From Eledone cirrhosa (Eukaryota): DNA of 64,000 nucleotides. The stretch is from assembly GCA_964016885.1 (NCBI GenBank), contig OZ024742.1, positions 228,346,001 through 228,410,000 on the forward strand. The letters run 5' to 3'. The position numbers were made by a program, and so were the translations under genes. Under the pieces are notes generated by a model that made no database searches, had not been told where the DNA came from, and saw only the letters and a program-made list of their open reading frames with translations. This document shows positions 1 to 13,300 of the stretch, in pieces. Numbering within the stretch: position 1 is the stretch's first letter; every line of letters starts with the position of its first letter.

Positions 1-1395
1 AGCAAAGTTAGGGTTAGCAATGACTATAGCGAGGAACTTAGCATACAGGTCGGTGTCCACCAGAGCTCTGTTCTTAGCCCTCTCCTGTTCATTATAGTTT
101 TGCAGGCAATAACGGAGGAGTTTAAGACCAGATGCCCATGGGAACTCCTATATGCGGATGATTTCGCACTTATAGTTGAATCTATGGTGAAACTAGAGAA
201 GAAATTCCAAACATGGAAGCAGGGACTAGAAAGAAAGGTTCTCAAAGTCAACCTGACAAAGACTAAGGTTCTTGTAAGTAGATGAGAAAACAGAACCCAG
301 ATCCCCTCAGGGAAAATGGTCTTGCACAGTATGTAGGAAAGGTGTAGGTAGGAACTCCATCCTCTGCCCCAAATGCAAACAATGGGTACACAAGAAATGT
401 AGTGGGATCTCAGGAAGCTTAACTAAGTATGTAGGCTTCATATGTAGTAGCTGTGCTGGGACAGCAAGCAGCATACGGCCACAGGAAACAAGCACCACCA
501 AACTCTGGGAGGGCTCTGTAGAAAGAGTAGACAGCTTCTGCTACCTAGGTGACTGAATTAGCAGCGGAGGTGGGTGTTCGGAAAGTACAATAATTAGGGT
601 AAGAACGGGATGGAAGAAGTTCAGGGAGCTACTGCTACTGCTAGCTGCAAAAGGCTTTCCCCTCAAAATGAAAGGCACATTGTATGATGTGTGTACACGA
701 ATAGCAATGTTACATGGTAATGAGACCTGGGCGCTGTCTGTAGAAGACTTGCGCAGATTAGAAAGAAATAAAGCTTGCTTGCTCCAATGGATGTGTAATA
801 GTAATATATGCGAACAGCAAAGCATAAACGAACTGAGAGAGAGACTGAGCACAAGAGGAATCAAATGCTGTGTGCAGGAGAGGAGGTTGCGTTGGTATGG
901 ACATGTGATGCGTATGAGGGATGACAGCTGCATAAAAAGATGCAGAGTACTAGAAGTCGATGAAAGCCGCGGAATGGGGAGACCCAAGAAGACCTGGGAT
1001 GAGGTGATAAAAGCCAACCGTACCCAATTGCACCTCTCAAGGGCGATGACACACAACCATGACCTCTGGTGTCACGCAGTAATACAGAAGACCCGACTTC
1101 CCACGGGAACAAGCCAAAGCATATAGACAATATGCTCCCACCCCCTCTGACTGCAAAGTGGTCGTGGAGGTGCCACAGCAAAAAAGCACCCAGCCCACAC
1201 TGTAAAGTGGACGTGTAGGCGCCACGGAAAAAAAGCACCCAGCACTCACTGAAAAAGAGCTTGGTGTTAGGAAGAGCATCCAGCTGTAGAAATCAAGTCA
1301 GAATCAGTTCCTGTATCAGCAAGACAAGGTCAGCCGACTGGACACTGCTCACAATAGGACAACCCGTCTAACCCATGCTAACATGGAAGAACGGT
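1..1395 (+). mobile_element. RTE-clade LINE, 3' part (RT C-terminus, PHD insert, 3'UTR), disrupted
   Basis: Translates to VHQSSVLSPLLF..WELLYADD, CYLGD, RRLRWYGHVMR, GRPKKTW with in-frame stops. Near-identical to 18890-20280. Confidence 0.9.
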
Positions 1396-1950
1396 GGTTT
1401 CACATGATTTAATTGAGAGTGCTATTTTAAAATGCTGCATCATGCATCAGAAAAATACATTTTTCTGCTGGTAACCAGCACAGATAGAAGGATGAAAGAA
1501 AATAATGGGAAAGTGAACCTAAAGCTATGGTGTCTGTCTAAATAGAAAGTTAATCATAACTATGATAAGGTTAAATGAAAAAAACAATATTGTCTCTGAT
1601 TGAGACAAGGCGAGAGTGTATTTGAATATATATAAAAAGGAGAAAACACATCGCTAGAGCAGCCATTAAAACAGCTAAATGCATACACACACATAAAACA
1701 AAAGAGAGAGTGTGTGATGTCAACACTTCCGGTGGCGATCACTTAAATAAACATACTAATTTTATCCTAATGCAGTTTATATATAATATCGTCTTTTTTT
1801 AATGTATCATTGATTACGTTACTGATTACATAAGACAGTGTAACGTCTTCTTTCAATTTCTGTTTATATTGTCAATTGCGATTTTATTCGATGCATCATA
1901 TCTACATGTATATATACTTGCGTATAATATCAATATACACACTACACATG

Positions 1951-1988
1951 CTAGCAGAAAACCACCCGAAGGGTGGTTTTTCTGCTAG
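1951..1988. repeat. Terminal hairpin of a Helitron/Helentron-like non-autonomous element
   Basis: ctagcagaaaaccaccc-gaa-gggtggtttttctgctag palindrome ending in CTAG. A related copy with similar upstream sequence lies at about 39916-39952. Confidence 0.5.
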
Positions 1989-2559
1989 TGTGTATAATTA
2001 TATATATATATATACATATATATGTATGTGTGTGTGTGTTTGTTTACATTCTTAGCAGACAATAAAGCCAACAGGCTTGGAGATTCGGAACTTATGACCT
2101 AAGGTCTTTGAAGGAGTGGTCATCCTCTCCACCTGTTTCCCCACTCTCTTTCTCTTGTCTCTAAGACTGTTTCTTTCCTGGCTTTCTCGACTATTTCTTA
2201 GTGAGAAGAATTTTTCAAAATGTTTTGGGTTTTTTTTCACTCTTCTGTTTTATCACTTCCAGGTTGTCAAGTGGCCATCGTGTTTTATTATAAAAGATAC
2301 TTTTTGATTCATTTCTGATGAAACACTAGAAAGGATTTGGCAACATTGGAAGTGGAAAGCAGTCATATTTATCACCAATAATCTGTGAAGAAAAAATGGT
2401 TGTGTTTTAATGTATTAAGAATTATATGTGGCAGAAATTAAAACTTCCAAGTACTAGATTTGGTAGCATATGAGAGCCCCCTCCCTTGCAAATGGCTAAA
2501 AAAATAACAACACAGATCTTATGTGCAAAGTTTAGGTATCTGATAACCTAATGATTTCA

Positions 2560-4348
2560 CTAGATATTCTCGGGTGAAATGGGAACTGGGTCCTATGTGG
2601 CAGAGTGTATTATATGCCATCAAATATGGTACTTCTCAGTTTCAGTAGATTTGACAGCCGACTTAGCTCATGTTGATCAGTTAATAGTTATTGTGTGATA
2701 TGTTGTTTCTAGGAAGCCGGTAGAAAAGTACTTGACTTTCTGAAGGCCGGCTCTTACATGCCTGAAGTACTAGCTATCTCTCTGCTATTGGTTTTAAAAG
2801 ATGATGGAATTGATTTTTAAGACTGCAGAGGGCAGTTCTATTACATTGCCAGCAATATGTCTGGTCACTACACAGGAATGTAATCCAGGCATAAGGATAT
2901 GAATCTGACAGCTGATTTCATCCCTTATGCTGCTAACTCATTGCATTTAGTTGAAAAGGTTCCTATTTCATGCTGTAATGGAGCTGTCAGTTATTTTGGT
3001 TTCATATATAGGTTATACACCTTTTTTTCTATCAATGCAGATGGGAAAATCTAATGAAGTCTTTAGAAGGTATGTAGAGTATATGTCAAACACACATTGA
3101 TCTTCCCTTGTAGATAGGTGTGACTACATTTAAAATATACTCCAATATATTGAAAGTAACTTGGAACAAGCACCTGAAGCAAGATATGAAGCACAGACAA
3201 AGTGGACTGACTGGAAATTGCTTTGATGGCCAAGATCTGGAATTTAATTTGTGTACAATTCAACAGCACAAACAAAGATGTTCAAGGATTTGAAGTTGAC
3301 CTGAATAGAGTGATTGATCTAACCGATTCTCTAGAAAAATTTCTAAAATCCTTTCAGGATAGGGATGGAGTGTTAAAACTGAAAGCCAAGAACTGATCCC
3401 TCACCAACTACAGAGCAACAACATCAGTCTCAGAGGAAATTGTTCATTCCTCAGGAGACAAACTCAGATGCAGGACTTTTAATGCATTAATATCATTTTA
3501 GATCAGTTGTTTGTTGCCTTACAAAAATGCAGGTCAGCCTATGAATTAGTGCATAAGTTCAAAGCCATAGTGAAATTATGTAGTTTAGCTGATGCAGAGA
3601 TAATAACTGAGGCTGAAAAACTTATCACTAGTTTTCCCCATGAGTTTAGTTATTGTTTATTTTGCAACCTTTACCAAGGTCAGTTCATCTCAACAGGCAG
3701 TGTTATTCCATGATGAATGGCTTGCTGATACCTTTCCAAGTGTTGATGTAGTTCTTATAATATATTTGAATTTCATAGCAAGTGTTTAGGAGAGAGATCA
3801 TTCAGCAAATTAGCACTCATAATAATAATGACCCACAAAATACTAAGTGCTCTCTGCCTACAGGATGTAGGGAGCAGTGTTCTGAAGATGATGTCATTTG
3901 ATAAGTTCATTAAAGATTTTTCAGATGTGGAAAGAAAGACTTTTTGTGGGTATTGTAATGATACATATCACTATAAGTAGGTATAACTTACTGTACTTAG
4001 TTTAGGTAATGTTTTGATTGATAGATGCATGGTGGATTTGATATGTTTTGGCCTAAGCTTTTAGTATATTTGCTAAAACCTTTATGGCAGCCTTGACACT
4101 AACTTGTCAGTGCATTTATATATAACATTTAACATTTACCTATTGTGTATATATTATGTGTACTCCCGTTTAATGTTTATGTATTACTGGTCAGTTTTTT
4201 GCATTTAATATTTGTATGTATGTATAACTTGTCAATTCCAATTACATGCATCAAGCAGGGGTGATATGTAATTTTGTAGATTTACTGTGTATAATAATTT
4301 TTGTGTGTGAGGAGTGCACCAGGCTCCCATTGTCTAAATCTGGCCCTG
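2560..4348 (+). mobile_element. Decayed hAT (Tip100/ZMYM1-like) DNA transposon
   Basis: From 2821 reads DCRGQFYYIASNMSGHYTGM*...FIPYAANSLHLV. Near 3790 reads GERSFSKL (hATC dimerisation motif). Right end ...ggccctg. Left end not resolved. Confidence 0.75.
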
Positions 4349-4766
4349 ACTACACCATCGTTTCTCGAGATGGATAGATGTCAGTCATATATATTTATAC
4401 GTTTCCTTCCTTTAAGACTGCAGGGTATTTTCGGCTGGTATTTCTAGCTGGTCAAGATAATGTCAAGGCTCCTTCAATGGTTGAAGATATCAACAGTTAT
4501 GTTGATAAAGATGACATTGTAATGAAAATCAAATTCTAATATTTTTAATATTTGTATCTAGATGACTTGTTTATTTATTCATTTGTAACCAATAATGCTG
4601 GTGTTACAATAAAATGCATTCTGCCTGCACAGTAAAATGGTGGTGTTGAGACAAAATGCACCAGTATGGAAAATGGTAGTATTGGTGCTAAATAAAAAGC
4701 ACCCGGTTGATCTGTCTAACCTCATGTGACAACTGTCTAACCCATGCAAAGATGGAAAATAGACAT

Positions 4767-4980
4767 TGGTAGTATCGGTAGGGCATTGGACAACATGCTG
4801 TGCAGCATAGAGTTACGACCCTTTACGTTCTTAATTCAAAACCCAGCAAAGATAGCTTTGCCTTTCATCCTTAGGGGGTCGATAAGATAAATACCAGTAA
4901 TGCATTGGAGTCGATTTAATTGACTTTCCCTCTCCCTTTCAAATTGCTGGCCTTGTGCCTAAAGTAGAAATAATTATTAT
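4767..4980 (+). mobile_element. tRNA-headed Meta-type SINE (diverged)
   Basis: Central ctttgcctttcatcc...ggggtcgataa..accag block and tail shared with the other copies. Confidence 0.7.
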
Positions 4981-4997
4981 TATGATATACATGTATA

Positions 4998-5190
4998 GGG
5001 CGGTGGATTGGTAGTATTGGTAGAGGGTCGGACGCCATGCTTTGCAGCAAATAGTTACAGCCCTTTATGGTCTGAGTTCAAATCCCGCCGAGGTTAACTT
5101 TGCCTTTCATCCCTACGGGGTCGATAAAATAAAGTACCAGTAATATACTGGGCTAATTGCTGGCCTTGTGCCAAAAGTAGAAACAATTAT
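4998..5190 (+). mobile_element. tRNA-headed Meta-type SINE
   Basis: A-box-like tggtagtattgg, B-box gagttcaaatcc, central gcctttcatcc..ggggtcgataaaataaagtaccag. Flanked by tatgatatacatRtata on both sides (TSD). Confidence 0.8.
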
Positions 5191-5479
5191 GATATACATA
5201 TATACTATGTAAAGGTATCGATACATATTAAATATGTAATGATCATTCCCAATAAAAAAGCTCAATGGACCTTAGTTCAGAGCACCAATTATGCAAGTTT
5301 AAAAGACATATAGAGAGAGAGGAAAACAGCCATTTGGAGTTCGATAAATTTAGTACCACCTTAAAGTATGTATATTTTCATACATATTATTTGCTCTATA
5401 TATGCATGATGGTTATTGCAAGATCTGGAGAGTTGAATAAAGCATATGATGAGAAGAGAGAAGAGTGAGGCAGAAGTGC

Positions 5480-5860
5480 CTGAGTGAAAGTGGCATGAGG
5501 TCAGTCAGCTCCAAAGAATAGAAGCCATTGCAATAGCAGTAAAAGTGTGAGCTAAAGGCTTCAGCTTGCCTGTCAGTGACTTCATGCCAATTAGACAAGT
5601 GACCTTTTCCTGGATATGGTCTAAGATGTATGTATATGTGGCAGAAGTATCATCCCAGATGTGGGAACACCACTCAATTGGGGGTTCAACCAGAAATTGT
5701 TGGAGGCTGAAATATTTTCTGGCTCTGAAGAGACAAGTCAGGAAACATTTTAGCCTCCAGCAATTAGATGCAGTTTGAGTTATGTTTAGAATCTGTGACT
5801 TCTGAATGAAATCTAGAATCTGGAACAAACACGAGAGCTCTCTAACTGTGTGCTGTTCAT
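5480..5860 (-). mobile_element. Old CR1/L2/Jockey-type LINE RT C-terminal remnant
   Basis: VEPPIEWCSHIW...LDHIQEKV resembles the RPxLEYCSxIW..LDxIQ motif. Confidence 0.55.
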
Positions 5861-6243
5861 GTTTAAGGGTGGTGCTGTTTTAGTTCCATACACATAAAAT
5901 CAACAATAACAATAAAAATAAATCAGATCTTCCACTGATTTCATTTCAGTCATTTGACATATAGAGGCAATGTCTTAAAGAGTGTTGGCAATCACCCATG
6001 CCAGCATTAAATGGTGATGATGTTGATGATATTGATTTGAGTACTTTTTTCAATCTCTATTTCCCAAAATATGCAAAATTACAATTATTATTTTCCAAGA
6101 AATTGTCCACTGACTGAGTCATCATTTTTCCCAAGCAACATTGGGTAATACAGCTAGTATATATATTGTGAAGAACAGGTGACTGAGATTATAGAAAGCT
6201 AAATTATACAACAGAACAGGTTAGAAATTTATAGATATTATAT

Positions 6244-6583
6244 GGAGGCACATGGCAAAATGGTTAGCCTTGCAATCGAAAGGTTGTGAGTTCAATTCTC
6301 AGACCGGGTAATATGTTGTTTCCTTGAGCAAGATACTTTATTTCACATTGCTCCAGTTTACTCAGCTGTAGAAATGAGATGATAGGGACTGGGGTCCCTA
6401 TCATTCCACTGTAAAGTGGACGTGTAGGCACCACGGAAAAAAAGCACCCAGCACTCACTGTAAATGAGGTTGGTGTTAGGAAGGGCATCCAGCTGTAGAA
6501 ATCGAGCCAGAATCAGTTCCCGTCCCACCCTTGCAAGCAAGGAAAAGCAGACGTAAAATGATGATGATGATGATGATGATGAT
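6244..6583 (+). mobile_element. tRNA/CORE-like SINE with RTE-derived 3' half and (GAT)n tail
   Basis: B-box gagttcaattc, CORE-like tccttgagcaagatacttt..ctcagctgtagaaatg, then a match to the RTE 3'UTR (about 20080-20190). Confidence 0.8.
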
Positions 6584-6644
6584 ATTAATGAGGTAGAGGA
6601 TCGACCACGAGCTCAGGTGGTTTTGGCTTGTAACATTTTTCTAT

Positions 6645-7943
6645 ATCATCATCATCATGACCGTTTAATGTCTATCTTCCACGCTAGCATGACTTTAGAC
6701 GGGAATTGTCCCACTTGAGGCAAGATTGGTTGTATTGCTCGTATAGGACTGTCTGGCAGGTTTTCTACGGCTGGATGCCTTTCCTAACACCAACCACGTT
6801 TCCAGTGTGAACTGGGAGGTTTTTACCGTCTTACCTACACGGCCACATCACAGCGTGGACTGTGTTTTTTTGTCGTGACACCTACACGACCGCATTTATT
6901 TACGACTGGATGTTGTGGTACCAACATAACTTTACAGAGAAAGGGGTGGTGTTGATGGGGGTGGGAGTAGGGGTAGTAGGATGGGGGTGTATTTTTGGTT
7001 AAGAGGTGTCTACTGACTGTAGGTTTCGCTTTGTACATAGACAAGGCGGGTCTTCTGTATTACTGCATAGCGCGAAAGATCTCGGTCCAGTGACATTGTC
7101 TTAGAGAGGTGTAAGTGTGTAAGGTCGGAATTTATCAAATCATCAGGTTTTTGTGGGTCTGCCTACTCCGTAGCTTTCATCAATTTTGATCGCCCTGCAC
7201 TTTTTTATACAGCTGTCGTCTTTCATGCGCATCATGTGACCATACCAACGTAGTCTTCTCTCGAGTAAACAGCATCTGCTCCCTCTTATACCTAATTTCT
7301 CACTTAGTTCATTTATGCTTTGCTGTTCACATATATTACTATTACACATCCAACAGAGCATGCAAGCTTCGTTCCTCTTCAGTCTGCGCAGATCCTCTGC
7401 ACACAATGCCATGTAACATTGCTATTCGTATGCAGGCATCATACAGTCTGCCTTTCATTTTTTGAGAGAAACCTTTAGCGGCCAATAGTGGTATAAACTC
7501 TCTGAACTTTTTCCATCCCATTCTGACTCTAGCTACTGTACTTTCAGAACCCCCTCCACCACTGCTGATTTTGTCACCCAGGTAACAGAATGTGTCCACT
7601 ATTTCTATAGAACCATCTGGGCAATGGAAGGAGCTAGTATCCTGTGGGCACTAGTTACTTATTGCACCTGAGCACCGGCCACATATAAAATCTATGTTCT
7701 TAGTTAGCTTACCTGTGATCCCACTACATCTTTTATGCACCCATACTTTGCATTTGGGACATAAAATGGAGTTTCTACCTACTCCTTTCCTACACACTGA
7801 GCATGGCCATTTCCCGGATGGGACCGGCGCCCTATTTTCCTTCCTACAAACTAGAACTTTACTCTTAGACAGGTTAACTTTAAGGCCTTTTGATTTTAGG
7901 CCATACTTCCATGTTTGGAATTTCTTCTCTAATTCAGCCATCG
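6645..7943 (-). mobile_element. 5'-truncated RTE LINE (same subfamily as 14996-17417)
   Basis: ORF fragments 7651-7974, 7342-7599 and 7143-7412 match 16188-16994. (CAT)n tail at about 6645. Confidence 0.9.
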
Positions 7944-8239
7944 TACATATAAAAATGTGTATATTTATACACATATTGCTGCAGTCTCAATTACCCACTC
8001 TGTATGTATACGGATATAACTTTATCCTATATTTCGGCTGCTAGCAAACTTCTTAATATATATCTTAATTAACTACCAACATGAGCACCTATATGGCCTA
8101 GAGAACTATAAATTACAGAAGTGGTTTGAGGACTAAGCACTGATGAACACTTATCTGCACACTGAATACCTAACTCATTACCTACTCTCACTTTGCTAAC
8201 AACACTTGTGTACATGGCTTGCACTACACCCTTTCCTTA

Positions 8240-9620
8240 AAGATGAGTTCAGATCATGGAACTCAGTCAAAGACTTTCTCCAGAGCTACAAAAGCTAGCT
8301 ATAGTGGCTTAGGAACTTCTTTTGCAGTTTTCTCACTAAGAAGAGGGCATTCGTAATGCTCCTTCCTAGCATAAAACCAAACTATATCTCATCTAATTTG
8401 ACACTTTCTCTAAATCATTGTGCTAACACACTTCGTGTTATTTTCAAAATTCAATCCATTGGTTTTGTCTTTGTAGTTGCTTCATTTTAAAGCATTACCT
8501 TTTCCCTTGTAATTATGATTATACTGCTATGCCCAGTCATATATTACCTGATTGTCTATGTAGGTTTACTAGCTCGATTCCTATTTCACCAGATGATTTC
8601 AGTTTCTCAATGACTACCTCCAAATGTCAAGCAGCTTTTCCATTTTCCATTGCCTTGATTGCATTTTTTACCCTATATCTGTCTGCTTTGATAGAACATC
8701 ACTCTCGAGTCCCTCTAACTTCCACTCACAGCAGCATTTCCAGGCATTTTCCATATGAGTGTTATTGAGGTTAGGTGCATCTGTGTAATTCTGAACACAC
8801 TTTTCTCCAATATCCTGATTAACAGACACACTGTTTTGCAATGCAAGGAACCTCACAACATTGATTCCTATATTATAAAATGTTGGTAAATCTCCTTTCA
8901 GCTTCTTTACATGCTATGTAAACTTTTCTTTTAGATACTTGATATTATTTGCTTGAGAAATTTTCTCAACCTAAATTTAAAGAGAGAGGACTTTTAGCTT
9001 TCATATCCTCTTCCTTTTCTGATTTTGTCTAGTACTTATTCTGATATCACTGACATGTAACTCATGTTGGGAGGTGCATTATTCTTCAGGAAAGGACTTA
9101 GAATACATAATCGTCTGTCTGTCTTCTTTTCTAATGAGCAAAAAGTCAAATTGGCTTGCACGTTTGTCTGATTGGTACTTGTGAAAGCACCTGACCAGCA
9201 AGTTTTCTGAAATTAATGTTGCAACTGGTTATGTCATTCTCACAATAAATTCTAGGAGCTTTGATCACTCTTCATTCCTTGAGCCATATCAATAGTCAAC
9301 ATATAGAAGTCATCCTGATGTTGATCAATATGTCTATTGATGTCACCATCCAGGATGATAAAGTTGCTGTCATCTGCTATTGAAGTCATTGATAGGAAGC
9401 CCCCATACAAATGGCTCTTTTGTTCTTTACTTAGTCCTGACTGGCACATATGTAAAGATAATTCTACCATTTACGCTATCACAATTACCTTATCTATCCA
9501 CTTCTCAGCTACTAAAAAGCTTACTCCAACTATCTAATCATTATTACCTACCTAGAAGAGTTAACATCTAGTGTTTACATGTGAGGAGTCTGGCTAATGC
9601 TCTCCGCCATCTTACAGCAC
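8240..9620 (-). mobile_element. Heavily decayed RTE fragments (endonuclease and RT N-terminal parts)
   Basis: QDIGEKCV..AWKC, DEIxFGF and IILDGDINRHI (APE-like) remnants. Confidence 0.6.
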
Positions 9621-9624
9621 ACAT

Positions 9625-9896
9625 CTTCATCATCATCATATTTATGTCTGCTTTTCCGTTTGCAAGGGTGGGACGGGAACTGATTCTGGCTTGATTTCTA
9701 CAGCTGGATGCCCTTCCTAACATCAACCTCATTTACAGTGAGTGTTGGGTGCTTTTTTGCCGTGGCACCTCCACGACCACTTCACAGCGGAATGATATGG
9801 ACCCAGTCCCTATCATCTCATTTCTACAGCTGAGTAAACTGGAGCAATGTGAAATAAAGTGTCTTGCTCAAGGAAACAACACATCACCCGATCTTC
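9625..9896 (-). mobile_element. Second copy of the CORE/RTE chimeric SINE (5'-truncated)
   Basis: Reverse complement matches about 6300-6580. Confidence 0.8.
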
Positions 9897-9924
9897 AATC
9901 TATCAATTTTACCTTCTAGAAATG

Positions 9925-9982
9925 TTAGATGAAAACAAATATGTATTGCAAAAGAATGATTTTATTAAAAATATCACAATGG
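9925..9982 (-). terminator. Putative polyadenylation signal and U-rich downstream element of ZNF-A
   Basis: AATAAA at 9961-9966 (minus), followed by CA and tatttgttttc. Same block at about 28480-28540 and 45800-45866. Confidence 0.6.
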
Positions 9983-10332
9983 CAAGTTATCTTACCAATG
10001 TGAATATATTTGTGGTTATATGAAATATAGTGTGAAGAGATTGTTGTTGCACATTGTGATATTTTCTTTGCCAAATATTTTTTTAATAGAATGACTGATT
10101 GATATTGACATAGTTAACAGACATTTATTACAAAATCATTTACTACAGATATAAGAGATATGGTTTCCCTTCATTTGTAAGAAGTTAAGACACCAATTAG
10201 GCTTTTATATAGTTAAAATTACATTTTGAGAGAATGATTTACCACGGATATCATAGTAATATAGCTTCTTTCCTGCATGAATGTGTAGTTAAATCCATGC
10301 TTCAAGAAAATAATTTACTACAGATATCAGGC

Positions 10333-13300
10333 TTATCTTTTCTTTTTAACCTTTTCTCTAGTATGAATACGATGGTGTTTATTTAAATCACCACTTCCAT
10401 AGAATGATTTACCACATATATCACAGTGATATGCTTTATTTCCTGAATGAATACGTTTGTGAGAATTTAAGTCACTATTTCGAGAGAATAATTTACCACA
10501 GATATCACAGTGATATGGCTTCACTCCTGTATGAATACGTTTGTGAGAAGTTAAGACACCACTTTGCGCAAAAGATTTACCACAAATGTCACAGTGATAT
10601 GGCTTCTCTCCTGTATGAGTACGCATGTGGTTTATTAAGGGACTATTATCAGTGAATGATCTACCACAGACATCACAGCAATATGGCTTCTCACCTGTAT
10701 GGATACGTTTATGTCTAGTTAAAGTATTCGCATGAGCAAATGATTGACCACAAATATCACAGAGATACAACTTATCTCCAGTATGAACACTTTTGTGTTT
10801 AGTTAAATCACTATTTCCAGAAAATGATTTACCACAAATATCACAATGATATGGTTTCTCACCCGTATGAATACGTATGTGTTTAGTTAACACAGCCTTA
10901 ATGGAGAATGATTTACCACAGATATCACAATGATATGGCCTTTCTCCTGTATGGCTACGTTTGTGTATAGTTAAGGATCCATTTGCAGAGAATGATTTAC
11001 CACAGATGTCACAGTAATATGGAGGTTCTCTTGTGTGAATCTGTTTTTCAACTAAGTGAGGATTTGTAGAGAATGACTTTTCTCCTATATGAATTTGTCT
11101 GTGTTTAGTTAAGTGGCTTCTCTCAGTAAATGATTTACCACAGATATCACATTGATATGGTTTCTCTCCTGTATGTACACGTTTGTGTATAGTTAACTTA
11201 CTTCTTTCAAAGAAGGATTTACCACACATACCACAGTGGTATGGCTTCTCTTTTGTATGAATACGTTTGTGTTTAGTCAAGTTACTTCCTTGAGAGAATG
11301 ATCTACCACAGATATCACAGTGATATGGCATCTCTCCTGTATGAATACGTTTATGTTTAGTGAAATCATTACTTCTGGAGAATGATTTATCACATATGTC
11401 ACAGTGATGTGGCTTCTCGCCTGTATGTATCTTTATGTGCATAGATAAGTTAAAATTTGTAGAGAATGATTTACCACAGATATCACATTGATATGGGCTC
11501 TCTCCTGTATGAATAAGCTTGTGTTTATTTAATCCTCCACATTTAGAGAATGACTTACCACAGATACCACAGTGATAAGGTGTCTCTCCTGTATGAATAC
11601 GTTTGTGTATAGTTAAGGATCCATTCGTAGAGAATGATTTACCACAAATGTCACAGTTGTATGGTTTCTCTCCTGTATGAATACGTTTGTGTATAGGTAA
11701 ATCACTACTTCTTGAGAATGATTTTCCACAGATATCGCAGTAATATGGCTTCTCTCCTGTATGAGTACGTTTGTGAGTAGTTAAGTTACTACAATGAGAG
11801 AATGATTTACCACAAATATCACAGTGATATGGTTTCTCTCCTCTGTGAATACGTTTGTGTATGGTTAAGCTAGAATTTGTAGAAAGTGATTTACCACAAA
11901 TATCACAGTGATAGGGGCTCTCTAATGTATGAATTTGTTTGTGTCCAGAAAGGCGATGTGCATCAGAGAATGTCTTAGTACAGATATCACACTGAAATGG
12001 CTTCTCTCCTGTATGAATATGCTTGTGTACAGTTAAGGATCCATTGGTAGAGAATGATTTACCACAGATATCGCAGTGATATGGCTTCTCTCCTGTGTGA
12101 ATACGTTTGTGAATAGGTAAATCACTACTTCTTGAGAAGGATTTTCCACAGATATCACAGGGATATGGTTTCTCACCTGTATGGACACGTTTGTGGGTAG
12201 TCAAGTTACCAGACTGAGCGAATGATTTACCACAAATAACACAATGATATGGCTTCTCTCCTGTATGAATACGTTTGTGTATAATTAATTCACCATATCT
12301 AAAGAATGATTTACCACATATATGACAGTGAGATGGTTTCTCTCCTGTATGGATCTGTTTGTGAGAAATTAAGTTATCTCCTTCAGAGAATGATTTACCA
12401 CAGACATCACAGGAATATGGCTTCTCTCCTGTATGAATATCTTTGTGGGTTGTTAAATCACCACACTTAGATAATGATTTACCACAGATATCCCACTGGT
12501 ATGGTTTCTCTCCTGTATGAGTATGTATGTGATTTGTTAAGGTAGTTTTATCAGAGAATGATTTACCACAAATGGCACAGTGATATAGCTTCTCACTTGT
12601 ATGAATACGTTTATGTCTAGTTAATGCATTTGTATGAGAGAATGATTTACCACAGATATCACAAAGGTTCAATTTATGTTTTGTATGAAGAAGTTTGTGT
12701 TTAGTTAAGTCACGATTTTGAGAGAATGATTTACCACAGATGTCACAGTGATATGGTTTCTCTCCAGTATGAATATATTTGTGTCTAGTCAAGCCACTAC
12801 TGTCAGAGAATGATTTACCACAGATATCACAGTGGTATGGTGTCTCTCCTGTATGAATACGTCTGTGTTTAGTTAAGTCCCCACTTTGAAAGAATGATTT
12901 ACCACAGATATCACATTGATAGGGTTTCACACCTGTATGCTGCTGTTTGTGTTTCTTTAAGTCTGCATTTCGAGAGAATGATTTACCACAGCTATCGCAG
13001 CAATATGGTTTTACGCCTGTATGAATGCTTTTGTGAAATGTCAAGTGATCTTTTCGGGAGAATGATTTACCACAGATATCACAGTGATATGGTTTCTCTC
13101 CTGTATGAGTACGTTTGTGTAAAATCAAGGCTCCATTTTGAGAGAATGATTTACCACATATGTCACAGTGGTATGGCTTCACTTTTATATGATAACATTT
13201 ATGTAAAGTTAAATTAGCTTTTGTAGAGAATGATTTACCACAGATGTTGCAGTGGTATGGCTTCTCACCTGTATGAATATATCTGTGAGAAGTTAGTTGA

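Noticed and set aside
1720-1740. ETS-like acttccgg as a fourth ZNF promoter
   Set aside because: Lacks the 26-mer and conserved donor block; a single short motif is insufficient.
2314-2335. CTGATGA..GAAA hammerhead core (also CTGATGA at about 8141 and 32021)
   Set aside because: No supporting stems or cleavage triplet.
4998-5100. tRNA gene
   Set aside because: A/B boxes belong to a multi-copy SINE head; no complete cloverleaf.
10404-13217. Plus-strand [10 protein letters not shown].. repeat ORFs (also 29076-30314)
   Set aside because: Antisense shadows of the 84-bp zinc-finger repeat.
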